Shown here in pieces: positions 53,640 to 64,000 of a DNA stretch of 64,000 nucleotides. Every line of letters begins with the position of its first letter. Position 1 is the stretch's first letter. The position numbers were made by a program, and so were the translations under genes. The DNA is from Octopus sinensis (lineage: Eukaryota). Below the pieces are notes generated by a model. It made no database searches. It was not told where the DNA came from and saw only the letters and a program-made list of their open reading frames with translations. The stretch is taken from positions 5,208,001 through 5,272,000 of the forward strand of contig NC_043012.1 in the NCBI RefSeq assembly GCF_006345805.1. Direction: 5' to 3'.

Positions 53640-55310
53640 ACATGCAATTGGCCGGTAGATCTTGCCATATGGGTGGTTCTGCATTTGGGGGGCAATTTTG
53701 TCTCTGCCAGAGCTAACCAGTGTAGTATGCTGCTGTTCCAAATGAAAGCTTGCTGGTACAGATCGATAAGATAAGGTCGGTAAAATGTTAGCTTCTTGTA
53801 CCAATATCCAACAATCATGTCTCTTCCAAGTGCTTTTCCATCCTGGAGTTTCTGCATAACAGTTGTAAGAGTTGTATATCTTGGATGTGACGCAGAAGCA
53901 CTAACTTTTTCGGATTTTTTCCATCCACAGAGCAACTTGGTTAAATTCCTTCTCTTCACTCCAGATTTTCCTCCAGAAGGAGTCTATGTCTTCTCGTGAA
54001 GGAGCTTCCGTGATATTGATTGCTTCTTCTTTCATGTCGCTGCCTGGTTGTGGTTAATTTTTTTGTTTATTATTCTTCCCTCGGTTATTCTCTTCTGATG
54101 TCCGAATTTTTCACTTTCAGCTTTTAGCTCCTGCTTTAGAGTAATCAATTTGCGAGTGTCCTCCTTTTGCTGTCTCCAAACACCAATTCTATCTCCGTCT
54201 TTACTTTATGTTGGTGGGGCGTATAGTAATTTGCTTGTTTGCATGCAATAAGCATCATTACATGACTGATGGCCTTCCGTAAACCAGTTACCTTTTTCTC
54301 TGTCTTCAAAACCCATGATGGTACTTTCTTTGTTATTTCGGTTTTTACTTTTTGAATATAATTCATGTACTGTTTTACAGTAGTAGCCAGCGCATACAGA
54401 CAGGCGTTAATCTGCCAGTATGTGGGTTCATCACACTATTGTAAATACTCATCACCAATTTCGTTAACAGCTTTTAATACCGTATCTGGTGGTTTTGTAT
54501 TTACTTTGGTAGAGAATACTCTCTCCTCGAGAGAGTCCTTCAAAGCCAATATTATTTTTTCTAGGAAAATTTCAGTAAGGGCTCATTTCACCGGCATATA
54601 ATCCTGACTACTGCGGTTGTGCCTGCTATTTACCATAGTCGTAGTAAGGAGAGATTGGTCAGTTACTTGAGCCAGTAATGTAGTTTGGCTGGGAGGCACC
54701 ATGGAATCCGTTGGAATGTCGCTAGCTGCGGAACCACGTAGTGGTCTTAGGTCATTCCCGTTTTCGTTTTTGTTCATAGATTTGGGAAGAAGGTTAATTT
54801 TCGATTTTTTAAATAAAGTTACAGTTATTAACCTTCTTTCTCTGTTCTACAAATGTTGCCTGTCGGCGTAGTTGCTTCGCAATAAAATGATTAAACTCTG
54901 GATGCAGATCATTCCAATATGATTTCATATAACCAACAGCGGGGTTTTGTTTCGCTTTTTCGTAGCAGTTGAATAGACCATTATTCAATTCATAATTCCA
55001 AGAGAAATGAGTTTTGTAGTTACGGTTCCTTCTATAACTACAGGTAGAAAGAATTTGTTTACCTGTTGAGCTGCTGTTTTCGTTCTGTTCCTCGATTATG
55101 TTGTTGTTGATGTTGTGTCCATCCATGTTGCTTGTAGGAACCCTCTGCATGCTAAATTCAAGTTTCAGTTGAAAATCATTCGGATCGTGAATAAAAGGCT
55201 CCCTCAGTTAATTCATCTGAAGATTAACCAATTATTTAGCAAGGCTTATAGTTGTGGCTCCAAAGTTGGAGATAGTATTTATCGTATTTTTGATAAAGAG
55301 TCTCCCACCA
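53640..55310 (-). mobile_element. R4/Dong-like non-LTR retrotransposon, 5' portion, degenerate
   Basis: N-terminal WNYELNNGLFNCY...GYMKSYW..LHP...QLRRQ motif, and the RT start KALGRDMIVGYWYKKL...WLALAETKLPPK.../IYRPIAC. Confidence 0.75.
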
Positions 55311-55819
55311 AAAACGCGACTTGCCGCTTCGAGTATGCATGTATGTATGTATGTGTATATGTTTGTGTGCGCGAGAGTGAGCGTGAGTGAGCGTGAGTGC
55401 GCGTGTGTGTATTCTATTTACTTCTCTCTCTCATTCTCAGTTTTGGCAATTTGCATTTAAAATAGATTCCTTGTAATCCCTTATCGTGTCAGACTTCTCA
55501 CATGCGATGAAATGTAATCTTTACTGCACACATCCACACCTGTGGACATAAAACCACATTCTCTCACATCGCACACTCACAAACACGCACGCATTGATTC
55601 TCCCTCTCTTTTTCTTTCACAGTCACACAACACATACACACACGTATATTTGTGAATACATATATGTGTGTGCGTGTGTGTGTATGTAAATACAGATAAA
55701 GGTATAGAAATATAGATATATATGGGTGTATATATTTATATAAGAATATACATGTATTTTAAAATGAGCATAACAGTTAGGCATACGTATATACGCAAAC
55801 ATATACATGTGTCTGTGCC

Positions 55820-55856
<37 letters not shown>

Positions 55857-56076
55857 ATGCATGTATGTGTAATCATGTATGTGTGTATGTGTGTATTTAT
55901 GTATGCATGTATGTATATATGTATGTAGGTGTGTATGTATGGATACATATAAGTATAGTATATGTATGTGTACATGAATGTATGCACAGATATACTAACG
56001 TATACATATGTTCATATGTATGCATACATTCACATGCCCAATACGCATGGAATATACATGCATACATATATATATA

Positions 56077-57553
56077 TCTCTATATATATAAAACTGAGAA
56101 TTGTGTCTGTCTGTCTGTGTGTTTCCCTAAAACTTGAGAACTACACAACCAATTTCATTCAAATTTTACACATGCCTTACTTAGGGTCCATGTAGTTTCA
56201 TGGGCAAAAAAATGTTCAACTTCTTGCCTAGAGCGAGCCCATAGCAATATCATATCTTCTCCACTATTTCAGTATTACGTGTTAAAAGTGAAACAAAAAC
56301 ATTTCTCTATTTTATGTCAGATACTTTCACTTTAACAATAAAAATAATAACAATTGAATTATATGTAGTAAGTAATAATTAAAGTCAAACTAAAGTATAA
56401 TATAATTGTAACATAACAAAAGTAAAAATAGCAATTGGTATAAAATTGCATCAATGACTTGAACTTGAATAAGTGGTTTCACATGAATGGGAATAAATTA
56501 AAAATAAAATTAGCGTGCAGAAATGGAATAGTCCAGATGGAGGTGTGCAATACCCTTTACCACGGCTTTTACATTAGATTATCTGCTAATTAGCTAGCAT
56601 TAAGTATCTATATGAAGTTTGGCTGTATGTAATGTCTGTTTTCTCGAACAGCGCTTCTACTGGGTACTGTTATTATTATTACTGTTTAACTATTGTTATC
56701 ACGTTTGTTTTTTCTTCGTAAGGGAAACGTTGTTGTGTTGCATTTGTTAAATAATTGTAAACTGTAATCCTCCCCCTTTGAATTGTATCCCTGTTTGGGG
56801 AAATTGACAATATTTTCACCGTTTACACAGAAGCATTTTTGTTAGAATGCCTTCGGTAGAAGAAAGTCCAAAAATGAATTTCGCTGCAGCCGTCGGCGGG
56901 CGCGAACTCATTAAAATTAAAATGTAAGAAATACAAACCTATTTCGGACTGATCACCGACAAAGACAGAGAATCTAGGATAACATCACCAAACTAAATAA
57001 AAAAATTAAATTAATGGAAAGACTATTGTCTATAAAGTATACAATGTAAAGAAAAAAAAGATTTCAACACCTGCAGGAAAGCACCATCGAAACGTGTCTT
57101 GATGCGACAATGAAAGATATCTAACCAGAGGCGGTAAATTTGCCAAAATACAAGCAAGGTTCGAGTCAACGGAGCGTGCAAGGGAGTACTGGACTCGAAC
57201 CTTGCAAAGTGGAAATATTTTATTTTTACCTTTATATCTGGAACATAGGACGTCCCGGATAAAAATTAAATCTCCCACCAGAAGTAGAGGTAGGCTGGAT
57301 TGTAGCCACACTTCTATACAAGAGGGAGGACAAGATCCAATGGATCGAAATTGCAAGAGACGAGCCTACAATTCCAGTCAGTTATATATTTTGAGTATTG
57401 TTATCACTAGCGATATCAAGATATAACTTTGTATTTTGTATTTTATGTGTAGATGTATATATATATAGATATACATGTAATATGTAGACATATATATACA
57501 CATATATACATGCACTAGCACTATGACCCGGCAACGACGGGTCATAATGCTAG
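56077..57553 (+). mobile_element. Non-autonomous Helitron
   Basis: 5' A|TC(TC)TATATATATAAAA. 3' hairpin TATGACCCG-GCAACGA-CGGGTCATA followed by ATG-CTAG|T. Confidence 0.85.
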
Positions 57554-58734
57554 TATATATATAAAACTGAGAATGTGTGTCTGTCTGTCTGTCTTTGTGT
57601 TTCCCTAAAACTTGAGAACTACACAACCAATTTCATTCAAATTTTACACATGCCTTACTTAAGGTCCGGGAAGTGTCATCGGCTCGCTCTGGGCGGCATT
57701 GGGGCGACTGTACACAGCTGCAAGCCCACGGCCGACGCTATAGCGACCAGAGTTCGCTCTGGGCGGCATTGGGGCGACTGTACACAGCTGCAAGCCCACG
57801 GTCGACGCTATGGCGACCAGAGCTCGCTCTGGGCGGCATTGGGCGACTGTACACAGTTGGGTTGGGTTGGGTTGGTTTCTACTAGTCTAAAGAAATCGCC
57901 TCGTTGGACATCCACGGTGTTAGGTGTTCCAAAACCAACCATCCACAAAATGCTGGTTGAGGAAAAGTTTCATCGATACAACCTACAGATATTGCATCAC
58001 TTAAATGAAGCAGCATAAAAAAAACAACCCTTCCTCAATTGTTTGCAGATTTACCTACTTTGCATTGCGAGTATTGCAACAAGATGCGTCTTCGTCAAAG
58101 CAATTGCTCCCCTAAAGCAAATTAAATAAAATTTGAGATACGTGGAACTTCAAAGCTGCTAACAAAAACAGGACAGTGAAAATATTCGGTAAGGGCTGTT
58201 TAACCCTAACGAGGTGAAGTGGTGAACTTTGGAGAGAAAAAAGCTTTGTCAAGTGACAGACAAGAATGCGTGTTATTGTTTTAAACTGAACGAGAAGAAA
58301 AAGAATTACATTTAGAAATAGAGATCTATAATTATTGAGGACAGAATTTGAGTTAGAAATAGATAACTATAAATATTGTATTATGCATAAAGTGATGGCT
58401 TACATTCGGGGCTTCCAATTTGTCTGCAAAATATAAGATAGTTGCAAAATCATCGCACATGTCACCATCGATTACAAACACCGGTGGAAGATAAAAGTTC
58501 CAGAGGATATTCTTGTTCTTTCGTTTGTACAAGGATCGCATTATGATTCGGCTTAAAATAAATTATAGATGTGGCACGATTACAATTTTTTAGGGTGTGT
58601 AAAGAGGGAAATAACACTCATCTGCATTTTTGATGAAATTCGAAATATAGATATTCCAGTTCATTCAGAAAATATAACAGAAAAGTCTAATTCTTCAATT
58701 GAATGTAACCGGGAAACGCCGGGTATCTCTGCTA

Positions 58735-58735
<1 letters not shown>
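57554..58735 (+). mobile_element. Second Helitron, head-to-tail with the first
   Basis: Same ~110-bp 5' end. 3' hairpin CCGG-GAAACG-CCGG followed by CTAG|T. Confidence 0.82.
57683..57858. repeat. GC-rich 70-bp tandem repeat, about 2.5 copies
   Basis: Units start at 57684, 57754 and 57824 (TCGCTCTGGGCGGCATTGGGGCGACTGTACACAG...). Confidence 0.9.
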
Positions 58736-58831
<96 letters not shown>

Positions 58832-58897
58832 TACGTGTTTACAATGCAGTAGTATACATGCGCACATGGCTACACAAACACTCTAACACACACACAC

Positions 58898-58950
<53 letters not shown>

Positions 58951-60044
58951 TTGCATGTATACAATGCTGTAGTATACATGCACACTTGGCTACACAAACA
59001 CTCTAACACACAGACATACATACACACGCACACACGCATGCACATACTTGTAAGTACAAATTCATCTACCGACATGTGCGCGATGCAATTTCGTTTGCAC
59101 CGCACCGAGATAGAGAGAGACAGAGAGAGACTGATAGAGAGACAGAGAGAGACAGAGAGGGAGGGAGAGAGAGAGAAGCGATATCGAGTGACGATGGCGG
59201 TTAGCAACCACAAAATACATTTATCTAAAAACTCCATCATCAGAATGTGTGCCACACCCCACCACGCAGCAGTGGGAGGTTTTACCGAGTTATATTTCCA
59301 GTGGAATAATTACCTGATGATGTACAAGTATTTGCGCTATGTGCAACGTCTTCGTAAAAATCTATTTACAATTCACCCTACCACTGAACACGTACTTACG
59401 GCTTTTTACATCCTCACAACAATGTGTTTAGAATTAAACACTTCCATTTCCTTCTCTTCTCTTTACGTTTCTTCTTTCCTTCTCTTATCTCTTCCTCGTC
59501 CTCCTGCTCCCCTCCCTCTCTCTCTCTCCTTCCACCTCTCTTTCTCTCTCCCTTATCCTTAGCTGTATTCTTTCCAATTCTCTTCCAACTTTTTTAACTC
59601 TTATATTTCTTCAATAACTGATGGAGCCTTCAACCGCTACCTTCCAACTCTTTTTTTGTCCTTCATCCCTCCCCCTCGTTCCACTTCTAATTTTGTCTCA
59701 CTTTCTTCTTTCTTCATTTTTCTCTCTTCTTTTTTCCTTTCCCTCTTTGCTTTTTCTCCTATCCTCTTTCTCTCTTTCTACCGTTTCTGTTTTCTACTTT
59801 TCTTCGCTTTATTCTATTTCACCAGATTCTTTACTTTTTCAACCCCTCTTGAATTCTACATTTTATCACATCTCTTATGTATTCTTTCCCCATTTTATCA
59901 TCTTTTTCGTTTTACTTTCTCTTCATCATCATCACCACCACCTTCATCTTCACCATTATCATCATCATCTTCATCATCATCATCAACATCATCATCATCC
60001 CCATCATCATCGTCGTCATCATCATCATCATCATCACCGTCATT

Positions 60045-60084
<40 letters not shown>

Positions 60085-60627
60085 CCACCACCATCATCTT
60101 CACCATCATCATCACCATCTTCACCATCATCATCATCATCATCTATAAAACTATTATTTCTCGCCTTTGCTTCTCTTTCCAGTTCATCCATTCTACTTGT
60201 TTCTGTTTCATACTTGTTACTATCACAACTACTACAGCTGGTAGTACTACTATTAGGAATAGCACCACCAATACTACTTGTGCAGTCAATGCAGAGACTA
60301 CTAACATTACTAGTACCACCACCACCATCACCACCACCAACACCACTACTACTACTACTACCACTGGGTAATTTTTTTTTTGTGATTATGAACTTCGCTT
60401 TGCAAACACGCTGTGTCGATGCAGTTCCAACGCGCGCTACCGTGGGCAAGTGTCTTTTGTCAATCATGTCTTGTGAACGACTTTGGTTGAGAAGGAAATT
60501 AAGTGGAACTCCTTCATATGCGAGAGGGCACTAAAACGCTCCTGGCTTTCGGGGAAAAGAGTATACATCGGGGTCTGTTAATTATGATTTTTTTCAACGT
60601 TCCCCCTCTCAGATTCAAACATGCATC

Positions 60628-60765
60628 TCAGCGGTTCGGCAAAAGGGACCGATAGAATAACTACTAGGCTAACAAAGAATAAGTCCTGGGGTCGATTTGC
60701 TCGACTAAAAGGCGGTGCTCCAGCATGGCCACAGTCACATGACTGAAACAAGTAAAAGAGTAAAA
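60628..60765 (+). mobile_element. SINE family A, 3' end
   Basis: GCGGTTCGGCAAAAG...GAAACAAGTAAAAGAG. Confidence 0.85.
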
Positions 60766-60944
60766 GATACATACATACATGCATATATACATTCGTACAT
60801 ACATACATACATACATACATACATACATACATACATACAAATATACATACATACATACAAATATACATACATTCACGTGTTTGTGCTTTCTCTATCCCTC
60901 ACTCACTCTCTTAATAATATTATCTTCCAATTTAAGTTGTCGAA

Positions 60945-61150
60945 CGGAAATAATCTGTAGCACGCCGTATAAAATGCTTAACGGCATTTCGTCCGTCTCT
61001 ACGTTTTGAGTTCAAAATCTGCCGAGGCCGATTGTGCCTTTCATCGTTTCGGGGTCGATAAAATAAGAACCAGCTAAGCACTGCGGTCGATAAAGTCGTT
61101 TTACCGCCTTCCCCGAAATTGCTGGCCGTGTGCTAAACTTTGAAGCCATT
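60945..61150 (+). mobile_element. SINE family B variant, diverged
   Basis: B-box and central domain recognisable. Confidence 0.7.
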
Positions 61151-61547
61151 AATATCTTCCATCTTCTCTCACTTAAATACTCCTGATTAATGCTTAATAG
61201 CAGCAGCATCCAAGCGTAAATTCGTATAATTTTTATAATCTTTGCCCGAAGAATCTATGAAATAGGAGAATCTATACATATTTCTTCAACATGTATACCA
61301 TTCTAATTCCTATCTTGTAATAAGACACGTGTAATATGGAATTAAAAATATATCAATTATTTTTTTTTTTTTTCAGTTTTCTGTTTTGATACGCAATTAC
61401 ATTGAAAATTGGATTCACCAAAACTTTCAATCGCCATATATATCACAATTAAAATAAATCACCAACATACATACATTGGATTGATGTGAACATGCAGATG
61501 TGCCTCAGGAGGATACAACTTGCATTATAACTTCTATTTCCTATATA

Positions 61548-61630
<83 letters not shown>

Positions 61631-61646
61631 ATATATATATATATAG

Positions 61647-61717
<71 letters not shown>

Positions 61718-62550
61718 CACGTTATGCGTGCAAGTGTGTAAGAGTATGTATGTTTTTCACAAGTGCCTGAAGGTACTTCGTTAAAACGGGTTTAATCTCC
61801 AATCAGCCGTGCCAAATCTCCAGCGTCCAACACCTTCGCCCATGCATACATACACACATACACACACGCGCACACACGTACATACATACATACATACATA
61901 CATACATACATGCATGTGATAATTCACTCTCAAATTTCACGTTGACCTAATATTTTTTTTAAATAAAAGAAAGACAGAAAGATTAAAAGAAAGAAAAACA
62001 GAAAGAAAGAATAAAGGAAGGAACGAACGAACGAACGAACGAATATGCTTAATGTTGTCATGATCGTCCATTGGTAATCAATGAAGACTTCAACCATCCT
62101 ATGATTTCAACCATGCCACCACCATCGAGGAACCAGAGCATCACAACTGCTCCCTCGTTTACCACGCTAACTGCGTGGCTGAAGCATGGCAACCACAAAC
62201 TATCGCATCCTGACTACCGCCATGAAAGTTTTACTCTCTATTACTCGAAATGTTTCTGCCATCATTCGTGAAATGAGCACCAGTGCTGGCTATACACCAC
62301 TTCATCGAGGGACCCAGTCACGTGGAGGGTGGTAGTGAGCTACACTCGGAATTTAGTTCTAATGTGACTCTAGAATGTACATTAACTTCCCTTCCTGACT
62401 AGCGCTACTACCGTCCGAGTCTGGTTATCGAAACTCTGTGGCGATCCAAATACGCCAATGATTATCAACTTGTGACAACGTTACACGTGGCTTTCCTCGT
62501 ATTTGTTTTATTTAATACTTTTTTTCATTTTGTTTGCTTAACAGTCCATC

Positions 62551-62780
62551 ATGTCAAAGAAGACCTAGAGAATGCTGAAGGGAGATAACAGAAGTTTTAA
62601 TGGGGACCGGGAACTGCAATGTTATTTTTCATCTGCTAAAGATAAGATGATTTGCTTGCTTTGTGATACTGCGACATCAACATAGAAGAAATTCAATGCT
62701 CATCAGTATTATGCCACTCATTAGGACCACAAATATTTCAAATTAAAAGGACAGGTGCAAAAGGTTGCTTTACAGAAATT
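62551..62780 (+). pseudogene. hAT (Charlie/SPIN/Buster-like) transposase N-terminal fragment
   Basis: MSKKT*RMLKGDNRSFNGDRELQCYFSSAKDKMICLLCDTATST*KKFNAHQYYATH resembles ENR.F...WE..YFF...CLIC...K..N..RHY.T.H. Confidence 0.65.
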
Positions 62781-62781
62781 A

Positions 62782-64000
62782 TTAGGTTGTCAAGGAAGTT
62801 CTCGCGTAATTATTAATTTTGGTTTTAAATGATGTATTTTCAAATTAATTTTCATTAAATTACTTTAACTCTATATATAATTTGAAAGCCCGTTTTTCGC
62901 TCTATCTAACTGTGTTATCCTTTTTCTTTTTTGACTGATTAGTTCATTTTTTCCGGAACGTTGAATACAACATGGACAAAAAGCAAATTCTCAAAATTTT
63001 CTTATTCCAGTTCAAGCTAGGCCGAAAAGCTGCTGAAACAGCTCATGATATCAACGATGCGTTTGGATCAGGAACCACTAATGAACGTACAGCACAATGG
63101 TGGTTCAATAAATTTCATAGCGGTGACGAGAATCTTGAAGATAATAAGCGTAGTGGTCGGCCATCGGATGTTGACAACGATCAACTAAGAGCCTTAGTCG
63201 AAGCCAATCCACGCACAACTGTTCGAGAGCTTGCTTCTGAATTAGACGTAACGTTACGACGATTTCCAACCACTTGAAAGAGATGGGAAAAACAAAAATA
63301 CTTGAGAAATGGGTGCCGCACGAATTGAGCGACAACCAAAAAAAAAACACCGTTTTGAAGTGTAGTCTTCCCTTCTTTTACGCAACAAGACCCGTTTTTC
63401 GGCCGGATTGTGACTTGCAATGAAAAGTGAATTCTTTCCGACAATCAATGACACTCAGCTCAGTGACTCGACGCCGACGAAGCTCCACGGCACTTTCCGA
63501 AGCCAAAGTTGCACCAAAAGAAGGTCATGGTGACTGTTTGGTGGTCTGCGGCCGGTCTCATCTATCACAGCTTATTGGATCCAGGCGGAACGATTACGGC
63601 GGAGAAATATTGTCAGCAAATGGATGAAATGCATAAGAAACTCCAACAACAACAGCCAGTATTGGTCAATAGAAAAGGACCAATTCTTCTCCACGACAAC
63701 GCTCGGCCGCACGTCGCACAACTGACCCTGCAGAAGTTGAACGAAGTGGGCTACGAAACTCTGTCTCATCCGCCATACTCACCAGGCCTCTCACCTACCG
63801 ACTACCACTTTTTCAAGCATCTCGACAACTTCCTGCGTAAGAAATGCTTCAAAAACCAAGACGATGGCAAAAACGCCTTCAACGACTTCATGACCACCAG
63901 AATGCAGGATTTTTACGCTACTGGCATAAATAAACTTGTTTCGCGTTGACAAAAGTGTGTTGATTCTGATGGTGTTTCTTTCGATTAATAAAGTTTTGTT
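62782..64000 (+). mobile_element. Mariner element, cecropia/Hsmar1-like, running off the window end
   Basis: TA-TTAGGTTG 5' TIR. Transposase from 62972: MDKKQI...KAAETAHDINDAFG..RSGRPS..DQLRA, WVPHEL, LHDNARPH, HPPYSPGLSPTDYHFFKHLDNFL. Frameshifted. Confidence 0.93.

Noticed and set aside
58699-60534. 287-aa and 292-aa ORFs
   Set aside because: Dominated by microsatellites, with no recognisable domain or splice structure.

Overview
AT-rich, repeat-saturated eukaryotic intronic/intergenic DNA. The SINE families and microsatellite load suggest an octopod cephalopod (Octopus-like); this is an inference. I find no credible host protein-coding exon: nearly all supplied ORFs are microsatellite translations or dead transposon fragments. 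The one clear host gene is a tRNA-Arg(CCG) at 33862-33934 (-). The window holds three tRNA-derived SINE families, several mariner elements, a Tc1-type MITE, an hAT fragment, head-to-tail Helitrons, and RTE, Tx1, R4/Dong and CRE LINE fragments. It also has a Penelope-like GIY-YIG remnant and a 60-bp G-quadruplex-type minisatellite. The most interesting signal is a set of unrelated small non-coding elements carrying type I hammerhead ribozyme motifs, most sitting in (TA)n tracts. Two stand out: a ~488-bp highly structured monomer with a 121-bp terminal redundancy (8271-8879), and a ~415-nt rod-like foldback with a hammerhead at its apex (11680-12093). Both are retrozyme/circRNA-like candidates. 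All alignments and folds were done by eye, so repeat boundaries are approximate.
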